Origin: Phoronis australis
Lineage: Eukaryota; Animalia; Phoronida
Reading direction: 5' to 3'
Assembly: GCA_002633005.1 (NCBI GenBank)
Contig: NMRA01000724.1
Location: 104,843 to 168,842, forward strand
DNA length: 64,000 nt
This document shows, in pieces, positions 27,263 to 38,052 of this stretch. The position numbers and the translations under genes were made by a program. Each line of letters opens with the position of its first letter. Position 1 is the stretch's first letter. The notes beneath the pieces are model-generated. The model did not search any database, was not told the origin of the DNA, and saw only the letters and a program-made list of their open reading frames with translations.

Positions 27263-28360
27263 CAACTGTTACACTCATTGATTCAATAACTGTATATCTA
27301 GTCTATAGCTGGCTCTCTATTGACTAACTGTACCTGCTGATTCTGTAACTGCAACGCAACTGTAACTTTAACTCAACTCAACTGACTCATCTGACTTCAA
27401 ATTTTTCACCAATTCAAGCGCATTTTATAGTAACCCTCCGGAATCTACTCAATCATTTCACATGCACTATTCTAGGCTTTAGAATGCTCCAGCCTATGCT
27501 TCTATTTTATTCACTTATATGATGGACTCTACTAGAGTGTTCTCTAGTATTCTATAGTAAACAAATAACATCATCACTGGCCTGACCATATGATTTATAT
27601 CAATCAAATGCTATCTGTTAGTAAGAAAGTAGAACAGCAAAATAAAACTTGTAGAAAGTAGTTAGTTTACTCCTGGCATAATTGAGTATAATTCTGTTGA
27701 GGAAAGTTAACTGCACCCAGTATCTTAAAAATTACAATTAGAGCAATTAATGTGTGACAACATTTGACAAGGTGGCGCCAGTGTGACAGTGATTCTAGCT
27801 GTAGCAATGTAAGCAGTCGGGTAGTTACATGGGGGCCTTAGCTTAGAGACTCCTCCATGCTATTGAACTAGTTTCTGCTCTCTAGCTATTCAGGTTTTAA
27901 ATAGAGGAGCGTTTATTGTTTAGAAGATATTGGTGAATTCTAAGTTTCATGTTGATGAATGTGTGACGCATCACATTGCTTGTGTTGAGTGCAGCTTTTC
28001 ATGACACTCAATGTGCAGTTGTAAAACCTGAAGCTTTGCCAAACTAACCCATCTTCTTCACCATCTGAATCTCAACTTTAACCCCAAGTTAGTCACCCAA
28101 TGTGTTTCACAAATCCTTCCTTATTGTGGTTGTAGAACATGATTTTCATCCCCAAACATACCGAATGGTCCATGAGCTATTCAAATGCCATTCAGTTTGA
28201 CATGATTTCTCCAAATATTAATGATGGCAACTCCAACTCTGATAGAATTTCCACTAGAGGATGCAGAGGTTCTAGATTCCAGCAAGTCTACAGGTAACAC
28301 ACATCGCCTGTTAACACAACGTTATATCTCAGTGTGAATACTTTTGCTTCCGTCTTCCAG

Positions 28361-28450
28361 TCACTGCAGCAACTAAGTCTTCATCTTGTAAAAGTGCAAG
28401 CAACGTGGCATCTGATCACGAGACTAAGGAGAAGGAGCTTCTTGAACAAG
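28361..28450 (+). CDS. TNFR gene, 90-nt linker cassette exon copy B
   Basis: ttccgtcttccag| ... |gtatgc, phase 1-1. Reads (V)TAATKSSSCKSASNVASDHETKEKELLEQ. Confidence 0.72.
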
Positions 28451-29900
28451 GTATGCTTCTTGCACCTTCTGGGAGACGTTTTAAGAGAGCCATGAAAAAT
28501 TTTCCTCTAGTGGGAATGCTTGAATGATAATTCACACTATGCATTATCAAATTGCTTTGAGTTGTTCTTGCCCAAAATTGTATGACGACACTTAGGTTCC
28601 TCAATTTTCAACGGCTGGTTAAGGATCTTTAGCAGTTGGTGCATTATGTTGCGCACCCTGCAGAATTAATGAAGCAGAATACTATAATTATGGTCTGCTA
28701 TCCAGTTTTAGGTTATAAAAGTCACATTCTTGTCCTGTTTTCCAAGTTAAAAAACTAGCCACTGTGCTTCCCACGAACTATTAAAAAATATGCTTTTTAA
28801 AAACTTTCAAAATGAACCAGAAGAATAAGTTGAGACTGGATGGTTTTTTTGAAGCTAGTATCACAAAGCAACCTTTGATTTAGACGATTTACAGTATCCC
28901 ATGAAATTGGTCTCAAGTTTTCCTTAACTTTGGAAGTGATTTCAGAAATTTCTGGTCACATCTTATTCTGAAGTTTTTTGAGCTTGGACTCATAGGAATG
29001 AATTAGCTGTCCGCTGTCGTCGAGCTCAGAGATCACTTCTAAAATAAGTAGAGACAAGACCAGTTTTACAGCATTGCAATAAGTGGCATCAATCGAAACT
29101 AAGCATTGTTTTTTGACTGAAAGCATTGGGTTTAATGCCACTTAAACCATTACAACAAGTAAAGAGTATCAGTCTCAAACTTGTTCATTCTCCATTTTCA
29201 AGTTACTTTCAAACTGATCTTAAAAATCCTGCGTTTAAATTCATTTTTGGTCAACATTTTCTTTTGTAGGAGTTTGTACTAGGTCCTGTGGTTCAGGAAA
29301 AATGCACCATGATGTAATATTTAAATGTTTATAAATGTTTCTAGTACATTTGCTCTTTGAAATTAGGTAGATTTGCTAGTCAGTACCATTCCAACTGCTA
29401 CAGCTTACTGACTTGAGAATAAACTAAGATTCACCGTTAGTGCAGCATCCAGTTTGGCCAATACCGGCTTTTTAAATACAAAGCAACCTGAATGGCCTCG
29501 GTCATTATATGTGACTTCAAATTTTAAATGTCTAAACTCATAAACACATTCTCAATGTTCAAGATTTAGGTCACCTCAAACTTTTGTGGCAATTTTGAAC
29601 ATTAGGCACCAAAATATAACTTTTTACACTCCCTTGGTGAAATAAGTATGGTACAATCAATAGCCAGAGTCTCATTTGTTATTACTGGCCAATCATTGCT
29701 TCAGTTAATGTTAATGATGGTATCGTATTGTTCTAGCAATGTGTTTGTCACTTATTGTTGACATCTGTTATACCTATTTCAGAGTTGAAATAATGCTTTT
29801 ACTTTGAATTAATGTTTGAAACAGCTACATGTATTATTACAGCAGAAACAGTTGTATTAGGCATTCACACTAATTGATTTTTATTTCTTTATTTTTGCAG

Positions 29901-29924
29901 TTCTGAGGAGGCGTTCTTCTTCAG
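29901..29924 (+). CDS. TNFR gene, 24-nt microexon
   Basis: Long pyrimidine tract ttatttctttatttttgcag|, TTCTGAGGAGGCGTTCTTCTTCAG, donor |gtgagc, phase 1-1. Reads (V)LRRRSSS. Confidence 0.62.
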
Positions 29925-30162
29925 GTGAGCTCCTCCAATTTTTTCTTATGCCATTTACAAAATTCAGTTCATCTTTCATCAGTTTAAGGAAAAGTATGAA
30001 CTGTTGTTTTTTTTCTTAAAACTGCATCACTTCCTCTTGTTCAGTACATGGTGACTATGTGAAAATAAATCAAAACTAAAGCACAGTTCATATGCAGCAC
30101 TTTTCTTTTCAGTATTTTTGGGAATGTTGAATAGGGAACTGATGGGGGAATTCAATGAAATT

Positions 30163-31119
30163 TGACAAACAGTCAGCCAATTTCTGGCAAATTAAACGGA
30201 TGCGGAACCATCTAGTGTCTATTTTGGTCTTGGCAAAGAGCATTTCCAGATTATATCTATGTCTCTACATTTTGAACTGATTGACAGATTTCAGGGAAGC
30301 TGGACACGGATGTTTGATGACTATGTGCTGGCATCAGTCGATTTTGGGACAAATTCAACTACCGCATCATTTTGTCCGGTTGTCCTGTTAACTGTTCGAC
30401 ATCTCAAAAACCCCTAGTGGCATTTTAATGAAATTTGGCACAAGGTATAGAACATTAGGGCAGTGCACGTCACTTTTCAATGTTTCTCACCTCAAGTGCC
30501 ATTGGACAGGGCTTTTCAGCATTTATCTATATTTTTGTGGTGGAACAGCATTTCTACAGCATTTCTGGATGGTATCCATGGATTTTGGTGGATTCGACTC
30601 CTATAGCACCCCTAGTGGCCATTATGGTCTCAACCAGTGGCTTTTCATTATTGTTTGGTAATTAGGCAAAGCTCAATATGCGAACAGGATTTGCACACAA
30701 GTGGATGAGAAAGCATGCACTGTTTACCCCAGAGTATTCAACGAATTCCTCGGCACATCAAAGGCTTGATGGCACAGAATGAAGTGAGCTAGTCGCTATT
30801 GATTGGCTGGGCCGAATGTGTATTGATGGAGACAATTGCAGTCGTCAACAACGCACATGTTAAGCGTACTAGTTTCAAATTCAAATAATGAATACTAAGT
30901 AAGACAAACGACCAACATGACTGTTTTGAAAAGTAATTTGCCGTGTTTGAATTTTTTAAAAACAATGCATGTTATTAAAAGAAATTATCAACTGAGATTT
31001 CTTCAGCATCATTGTGGCTAATTCATGTGCGTTTAATTGATTAGGACGGGTTAGTCATGAGTGTGGCTTAAGCTCGTTAATTAACCGTTTAATTTGCCAG
31101 AAATTGGCTGACTGTTTGT
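30163..31119. repeat. ~35-bp inverted repeat pair bounding a ~950-bp MITE-like segment
   Basis: ACAAACAGTCAGCCAATTTCTGGCAAATTAAACGG (30164-30199) and its exact reverse complement at 31085-31119. Confidence 0.65.
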
Positions 31120-32019
31120 AATATAATAAGGCTATGTTCTCCATGTGCAATAAATTTCAGGGGATATGCTACCTCTGTGGTAGTTAAATCCAGGAATAGT
31201 ACTCTGATGTTGGGGTATGTGATATATCAATGCGTGGCTGATAAATGGCGCGCACGTGGCAATAAGTAAAACAACACACGAATACTTTAACAATAGAATA
31301 CGTCTATTAATTTGCAGCGTTTTGATTTACAAATTAAAGATTACAATAAGTTGTGAGACTGACGACTAACTGATTGAGACAAGATATCCCTACTGCAGTG
31401 GAAAAACTACTAATCAACAGTGCCACTGGTTCCCCGGAGCTACCGCACACGCCAACACAAAACAAGTCACAACAGAACTAACCCTCCAGAACAATCACTA
31501 GCCAGTTCAAATTGACTTAACAGGCTGAGACCAACACCCGTGATAAGTGTCTCTACGTGTTGTCCTTTCTCCTAGACTCTTTGGTCACAGAAGTTGCTCG
31601 TCTGGCCCCGGCTTCGTCTCAGTAGTCTGAAGTTGTCTTTCTGCTCTTGAATCGTGCCCCGTAGTCTGAAGTTGTGATCTATGGTGAATCCAGTCTGCCC
31701 TGGTCTCGAGAGCAAGTGCTTTAAATACTAAACTAAGTGGCATCAACCGATGGACCCACTCTGTATGTACATATATGTCCATCCCTCTATGACGAGCTAA
31801 ATATAACGAGCTAACTGACCACGCGATGGACCTACTCTGCATCCATTTCCCTATAACTCAAAATTCTTGCATAACTGCCACTATTCCTGTATTATTGCAT
31901 AACTGCCTCTATTCCTGGGTTTTCAACATCAGAGTACTATTCCTGGATTTAACTACCACAGAGGTAGCATATCCCCTGAAATTTATTGCACATGGAGGGC
32001 ATAGCCTTATTATATTACA
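31117..32019. mobile_element. TGT...ACA element with ~95-bp near-perfect TIRs (Ginger-like, non-autonomous)
   Basis: 31117-31211 is the reverse complement of 31925-32019 with ~2 mismatches. Termini TGTAAT/ATTACA. No clear TSD. Confidence 0.65.
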
Positions 32020-33804
32020 GGTAACAAAATTCTGAATTTTAGCGTAGGAATTGCCTCAACCCTAGTAGCCATTTCAGTCTTGACTACGGCTTTTTCCATT
32101 ATTTTTGAGGAGAAAAGCGTGTTTTTGGATGGAATCTAGAGAACTAATTGACGGATTTCATTGAAACATGATGGAGGCATGTGATGGCAAAGGGCTGGTA
32201 ACAGCTTATTTTTGGTTAGATTTGACTTCTACAACACCCATTCTCTTTTGCGTCAGTCTTTGTACCTGCCAATTCCCGTGATTCTTGTAGAATTTGTATT
32301 ATTTTGATTTTGTGCATTTGGTAGATTTAGTTCTATGATTTCTGTCAATTTCAGCCAAGGCATTTGAATTGCAAAGATCCACATCCAGAACTAGCGGTGG
32401 CTCAGAGGAAGCAGCACTGATAGAGGATGGTTTGTTTTTAGCTTGTCATAAACATTCTCATTTCCTGAAATAAATTCTGAAAGGAACATTCCCAAGTATT
32501 TGTTAGTAGTCATGGTTACAGTGAAATGGAAATCGGTGTACTCAAACTTTCTAAGATTGTCGGCAGCCATGGGTTCAATGAATTGGAAAATTAATGCTTG
32601 TATCCAAATTTCCAATTAAATCAATTTGATTGTACCTAATGTCGATTTATCTCTTGAATCCCCATGGCAGCCAGAAATTGAACTCTTAATAATCAAACTT
32701 TCATTTTGATGATAAAACTTCATTCTAAATATTAATGACATGTAACTACTGACTGAGAGTATCATCGCTGTTGTTTTTGTTGTTGTTGTTATTGAACAGT
32801 GGATTCTTTAATACTTATCACAGAACCTGCACCTAACTATCCAACATTTCCAAGTGCCTCCCAAGTGTCAGGTGTAGCGTTTGTCTTGGAGCAATTCCAG
32901 TCTTGAGGAAAAGGTGTATTAGACTGCTGTAAAGTTAATGAATAGTTGATTTACAAATTAGAACTTATTATTCATACTGGAACACACAAAATTGCAAACT
33001 AACTCAATCCATTAATTGAGTACCTGTTGCTCATTTTATTTCCACATTTGAAATGTCACATGTACTTGATTTAATTTACGTTTTACGTTTTCATGGAGTT
33101 TTAGATACTTAGTTTTATTAGATGTATTTAGGGTCATTGTATTTCTGTAGTGCCTTTCCAAGTTCAAGGTTCTGTGTAACATGACGGCATTCCGTCGTTC
33201 AGCAACTTTTCCAGACTTGAGGGGTTTTGAACATGCGATAACATCTGGCTCCTTTGTTAACTGCCCAGCACAGTCTTTTGTACCGTATGACAACAAGCAG
33301 GCCAATTGTCTCCCAGTCCTCAAAGAGTTACTGAAACCTGGCAGAATGGATTGTCTTAACTTTTGTTGTAGTTGGACGATTTTGGTGATTCAGTAACTAA
33401 ATGTGATCAGCATTTAAGTAATTTCAGAAATGCTATTGGTTTATGTTCAGATATGTTATAACTTAACATTCATTTTTAGCAGCAAAGCCCAGTCAGGCTA
33501 GATACGATCTGATCGGAGATTAAAGAAATTATCGAACAAAAGAGAGGTGGCCCTCCAACCATAAATGCCAGAATGAAGTTAATCAGTCGCGTAAGATATT
33601 GGCTACAAGGGTGATCTTGACAACTTGTTGTTGGGCTATAAAGTCGAACAAGTTGCAAGCAATGGGAAAACGCAGTAATGATCTAATGATTGTCATGCCA
33701 GCCTTTTCTTTTCAATTCCAGTAAGTTTGCAGCCGGTAATACATACATTGCCTGTTAACACAATGTTGTATCTCGATTTGAATGTTTTTGCCTCTGTCCT
33801 TCAG

Positions 33805-33894
33805 ACACTCCCACAACCAAATCTTCGTCCAATGGAAAAAGACAAAACGTGGTATCTGATGTGGGGACTACTGATCAAGACTCTCTTGAACAAG
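33805..33894 (+). pseudogene. 90-nt linker cassette copy C with mutated 5' splice site (probable pseudo-exon)
   Basis: Intact acceptor ctctgtccttcag| and open frame (D)TPTTKSSSNGKRQNVVSDVGTTDQDSLEQ. The donor reads CAAG|ATATGA where copy A has CAAG|GTATGA. Confidence 0.6.
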
Positions 33895-34001
33895 ATATGA
33901 AGTTTTGTGTACCTCCAGGTGGACGTTTTAAGAGATCCATTGAAAATTTTTGCTGTGTTCTGATGTGCAATGACATTGTTGTCATCTTTAAACTTCCTTG
34001 T

Positions 34002-34203
34002 TATACACCGTATTCACGCAGTCGCCATTTTAAAAGTGAGCCCGGGGTTTTATAAACAATGCATTTTGTGCTAAAGTACCGTGATAGCGCAAATCGTGAT
34101 TTTTTTCGAGTGCCTCGTTATGTTCATGTCTAAAATGCATTTGTTTCTTAAACCTAAAAAGAGGCTCACTACTAAAATGGCTACTAGATGAATAAGGTCT
34201 ATA
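34002..34203. mobile_element. ~200-bp MITE (possibly Academ-like), present only in the duplicate copy
   Basis: Imperfect TIR TATACACCGTATTCACGCAGTCGCCATTTT / AAAATGGCTACTAGATGAATAAGGTCTATA. Absent at the paralogous site ~24030. Confidence 0.55.
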
Positions 34204-36443
34204 AGTTAATAGCAATACATGCCGCAATTGTGTGGGAATTAATTCTCAAGTTACCAAAAACAAGAAAATTGAAAGTAAGATATTTTAACGGTATACTTTT
34301 AAACACCAGCAAGTATGAGAATATTACATGGTGATGGCAAAGAACGGGATTGGCTAGGCTCCACTGTGTTCGAAAAAGTAATATAATTAGTAAGAAAGTT
34401 AACATGTAAGTCTGTATGGTCTGGGGAAGGAATATCATCTGCACTGAAATTGCTTTTGAATGTCCTGTTTATTAAATCCAGTTGTGTGTGTTGTCACATT
34501 GGCAGTTTGACTTTGGGAGACAATAATGCTTCGTTGTTTCTTTCAGTTTCTCGAGGTTCTGGCCACTGCAATTCAAACAATGCTTATGTTCATTCCACGG
34601 AGGTGTTTGATGGGGAGCCCAGAAAAACAGGTGCCAAGTCCTCAGTTGTGTCATTTCAAGTTCTTAGCTTAATCCATTTTAACTGCCAGTATATGGCTGG
34701 TTGATGTGTACTGCGCATGACATTTCTTTTGAAAAAATCCCGCCAAGATTTGTCGTAGTATAACTAGTTTGCCTATAAATGTTTATGGTATGCTCAGTCT
34801 CGATGGTGTGACCTTCTGCTTTTGACAAAGCGTGCATTTCTGTGTTGTAATTGCCACTTTCCAAACTTGTTGTGTTCAAACAGTATATTCCGCACACATT
34901 GCTGCTGAATTTCAATGCTAGGTTTGTGCACCTCACAGTCCAAGATTCAGAGACGGCCTTGAACTGTTGTTAGTCTGTGCTCAGATTATCTGAATGGAGT
35001 AATTGGTTTTTGCTGAGATCAATGTATAAAATGGGCCATAACTTTTCAAACACATTTATCGCACTCAAAAATGTCTAAAGTGTGAGGTATGGTTATGTGT
35101 TGGTGCTTATTGTCACCCTGTCCGCCGGTTGCTCGGTTGTCCAGTCAAAACCCTGACAATCGATTTGATAACCCTAGCAACCCTGTTTGCCATTTTTGAT
35201 TTCAACATGACATTTGTCGTCCACAAATTTCCGTGTCTTTCTCAAATCATGCGTACTTTTATACATTAAATTTTAATTGTTTTTACAGTTTACTAAATCA
35301 ATTCTGTCCAACTCTATGGACAAAAAACAAGTGAATACTTTTTATGTTCACTTTCTTCATTCACAAAGTTAGGATCTATCTGTTTGCTTATTAGTGTTAT
35401 TTCGAAAGCTGTCAACTAGAGCATTGAGCATTTGGGAACTGTCTCACTAATTAATCAGTAGGAGTAAGCATTCAACCATAAACTCATAACATCTCGCCTA
35501 AAACTCGCTTTTAGCACCTAATAACCCTGTTCTTGGGGCATGTCCAGTTGACTCCATTTTCTTAACCCATGTCACATATCCAAAGATGCCTGGTTGTGTG
35601 TAAACACTCGCAGCTAATTTTTGCTTTACGATAAAAAATTAAGCTTCTTATGTAATGTTAAGAGGGTAAATGCAATTCATGATTTTAAACAAAATGATCT
35701 TCACCATGTTGTTTTTTGGCCAAATTGGCTGTAGAATGTTGGTAACAGTACATCGTCATCAAAGAAATAGAAAATCCACACAACCAACGACTTGAACTAA
35801 TTAAATAGTGAAAACAGTCTGATGCTACTATGAACTTTGTAAATGAGGTTAAAAGGACAAATAACTTTTATATCTGAGAAGAATTTTTATTGTGCAGCGT
35901 TTAGAAATGCGAAAAAGAAGTTCATGTTTCTGAGGCTATCTAGGGACAGTGAAAATTAGAAATTGAATTACTCTAATGAAATGAAGTTTAGGGTGTGAGT
36001 GTGATGTACACAGGTATTCCGCACTAATGTTTGAAATTGCCAGAATGTTGTTTTCTTTTCTTTTGTTCTTTTTATGAAAACCTTTAGAACAAAACTTTAT
36101 GATGACAGTATGCTTTGGGCGACTTCCTTTATGTGTTTGATCTAATGATCAGTATGTAAAAAAGTTAGCTTGATATATGATTTTGGTTTTCAAGAATCAA
36201 AAACAAAACCTCTGAGTATTTCATGTGTATTGAATCTGTGGATGTGCTCAATAGGCAGATTTTTAATAAACCTCTATCTAAAAATTGTAGTTCACATGGT
36301 ATACATTAAATGAGGTATGGTCCTTGTAATATCAGCAACACATGTATTCCATTCAAACTTAGCCACTCTCATGCGATCAGTATATTAAAATATTCCAATC
36401 TTTTAAATGCATAATTTCTTGATGGTTTTACATTTTTTTCCAG

Positions 36444-36527
36444 AAATGAAGTTGGCAGATTTTTTTCACAAAGCTGGAGATGTTCTTCACTCGGACAATT
36501 GGAAAAGAGTAATGCGAGTGTTGCCAG
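36444..36527 (+). CDS. TNFR gene, death domain exon 1
   Basis: catttttttccag| ... |gtacca, 84 nt, phase 1-1. Reads (E)MKLADFFHKAGDVLHSDNWKRVMRVLP, containing the death-domain W-K-x2-[MA]-R-x-L helix. Confidence 0.8.
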
Positions 36528-36549
36528 GTACCAAGTAACTATATGTATT

Positions 36550-36864
36550 GAAAGATCAGGAGCCCCAACTGGGAATCGAACCACAGGTCTCTAGATTGCC
36601 AGTCAAGTGCTCTTACCACTGAGCTACTGAGGACCCGATATCTGTGTAATTGTTGTTTAAAGCCAACTAGTAAATTGCTGAATGTATATAATTGTCCAAA
36701 TCTCGTGTGAAAAAGGCGAAACGCCGCTCCTGGAATGTGTGACATAACAGTCAGCTTTAAATAGTAATTACACACTCGGGTCCTCAGTAGCTCAGGGGTA
36801 AGAGCACTAGACCAGCAATCTAGAGACCTGTGGTTCGATTCCCAGTTGGGGCTCCTGATTTTTC
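36550..36864. repeat. Back-to-back inverted pair of tRNA-like (Ala-anticodon-like) sequences
   Basis: The + copy (36776-36864) has A box TAGCTCAGGGG, stem-loop CTAGA-CCAGCAA-TCTAG and B box GGTTCGATTCC. The - copy (36550-36638) is ~90% its reverse complement. Acceptor stems are imperfect, so these are probably not functional tRNAs. Confidence 0.75.
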
Positions 36865-37235
36865 TGTGTTTATTTAATATATTTCTTTACTGGCGAACCT
36901 CAGCGTCTATATATATTTACTATAACTATAAGTACTATACAGTAAAATTCGTCCATGTCGTATCCAGCCAGACCTCGAGATTTCATCCAAGTATAGTGAA
37001 TCTGACTTATCTGAAGGGCCGAGTGCACAGACTAGAACTACCATACCCCAGAATTTTGTACAAAGTTAAAGGCGAAGGCAACCTTTTTTCACGTCACTTT
37101 TAGCAAAAAGGCAAGAATTTCGCGCCAATTTCTTTTCATACAGTCAGACTGTGAGAGCTGTCAAGTCAGTCATTGTTCTACCTCGGATGTGATAAGTTCG
37201 GTCGTCGTTTTGCTTTTGTTTACGAGTCAGTCAAC

Positions 37236-37565
37236 ATGCCACGTACCAGGATGTACTCATTATTGTCTCACACGCGCTTTGGGTACCTTGCATCGCTTTC
37301 CAAAGGATGACACACTTCACCGTACTTGGCTAGCTCGTTCGTGTGAAGAACGCAGTGCTACCCGCTCATGCAGTGACAAGCATTTTTAGTCGTCAGATTG
37401 CGACAGAGATATGTACGCTGAATTGATGAAGGTCCCTGCAAAACAACGCCTGAAGAAGGGTTCCATACCGTCGCTGCTGTTTAGCGGCATTGCCCCGTCG
37501 CCACCCCCACCGAGAAGTGCGTTTTTGAAGCGAGAAGCCTCGCGAGCTGTGGCCATTATAAACAA
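37236..37565 (+). pseudogene. THAP domain of a Kolobok transposase (frameshifted)
   Basis: VPGCTHYCL..LHRFPKDDTLHRTWLAR..CSDKHF, then in a second frame DMYAELMKVPAKQRLKKGSIPSLLF..RSAFLKRE. All THAP landmarks are present (FP, W, CxxHF, AVPT-like box). Confidence 0.82.
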
Positions 37566-37923
37566 TGACTGGAGGCACTTCATCTACTGTCACCCATGCC
37601 TCCGAACGTACCCCATAACGTGCAATTCCAGGAACTAGCAGTGATTCCCCGTGTGCTGTTGTCTCTAGCCTACAGGGCTTGGAATTTTCCGCGGAAACGT
37701 GGATTTCCGCTTTTTTCAAATGTTCTTTCCGCGTATTTCATTAAATTTCCGCGTAAAAAAATCTGATAACATATAAAATTTCCGCGGCAAATTTCTGTCT
37801 TACCGCCGCGTTGCCGACAACTTTCACCTCGAAAAGCGGAAGTTGCTCTTTATGTTTCGAAGGAACGTAAATTGTCAACATTGCCGGGGCATCTGGGTGG
37901 TGGATTTCCTCAATGGCGGCTTG

Positions 37924-38052
37924 NNNNNNNNNNNNNNNNNNNNNNNNNNNNNNNNNNNNNNNNNNNNNNNNNNNNNNNNNNNNNNNNNNNNNNNNNNNNN
38001 NNNNNNNNNNNNNNNNNNNNNNNNNNNNNNNNNNNNNNNNNNNNNNNNNNNN
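37924..38052. other. Assembly gap (N run)
   Basis: 129 N bases followed by a poly-T run. Confidence 0.99.

Larger units (their letters stand above)
32490..34650 (+). repeat. Intragenic segmental duplication of ~21880-24490 carrying the 90-nt exon
   Basis: Co-linear similarity over ~2 kb of intron on both sides of the exon, e.g. gtgtcag.tgtagcgtttgtctt.gagcaattccagtc and accaaaaacaagaaaattgaaagtaaga. Confidence 0.85.

Noticed and set aside
33181-33660. Protein-like fragments (e.g. SEIKEIIEQKRGGPPTINARMKLISRVRYWLQG) in the segment unique to duplicate C
   Set aside because: There is a stop in the TNFR-compatible phase and no recognisable family. At most a transposon remnant.
36776-36856. Functional tRNA-Ala gene
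   Set aside because: Weak acceptor stem, non-canonical anticodon loop and an inverted twin with a different triplet. Treated as a tRNA-derived repeat.
37843-37923. DAPAMLT peptide resembling DAPPMLT of the Kolobok tail at ~1414
   Set aside because: The match is short, lies next to the N gap and is within a different nested repeat. Probably chance.
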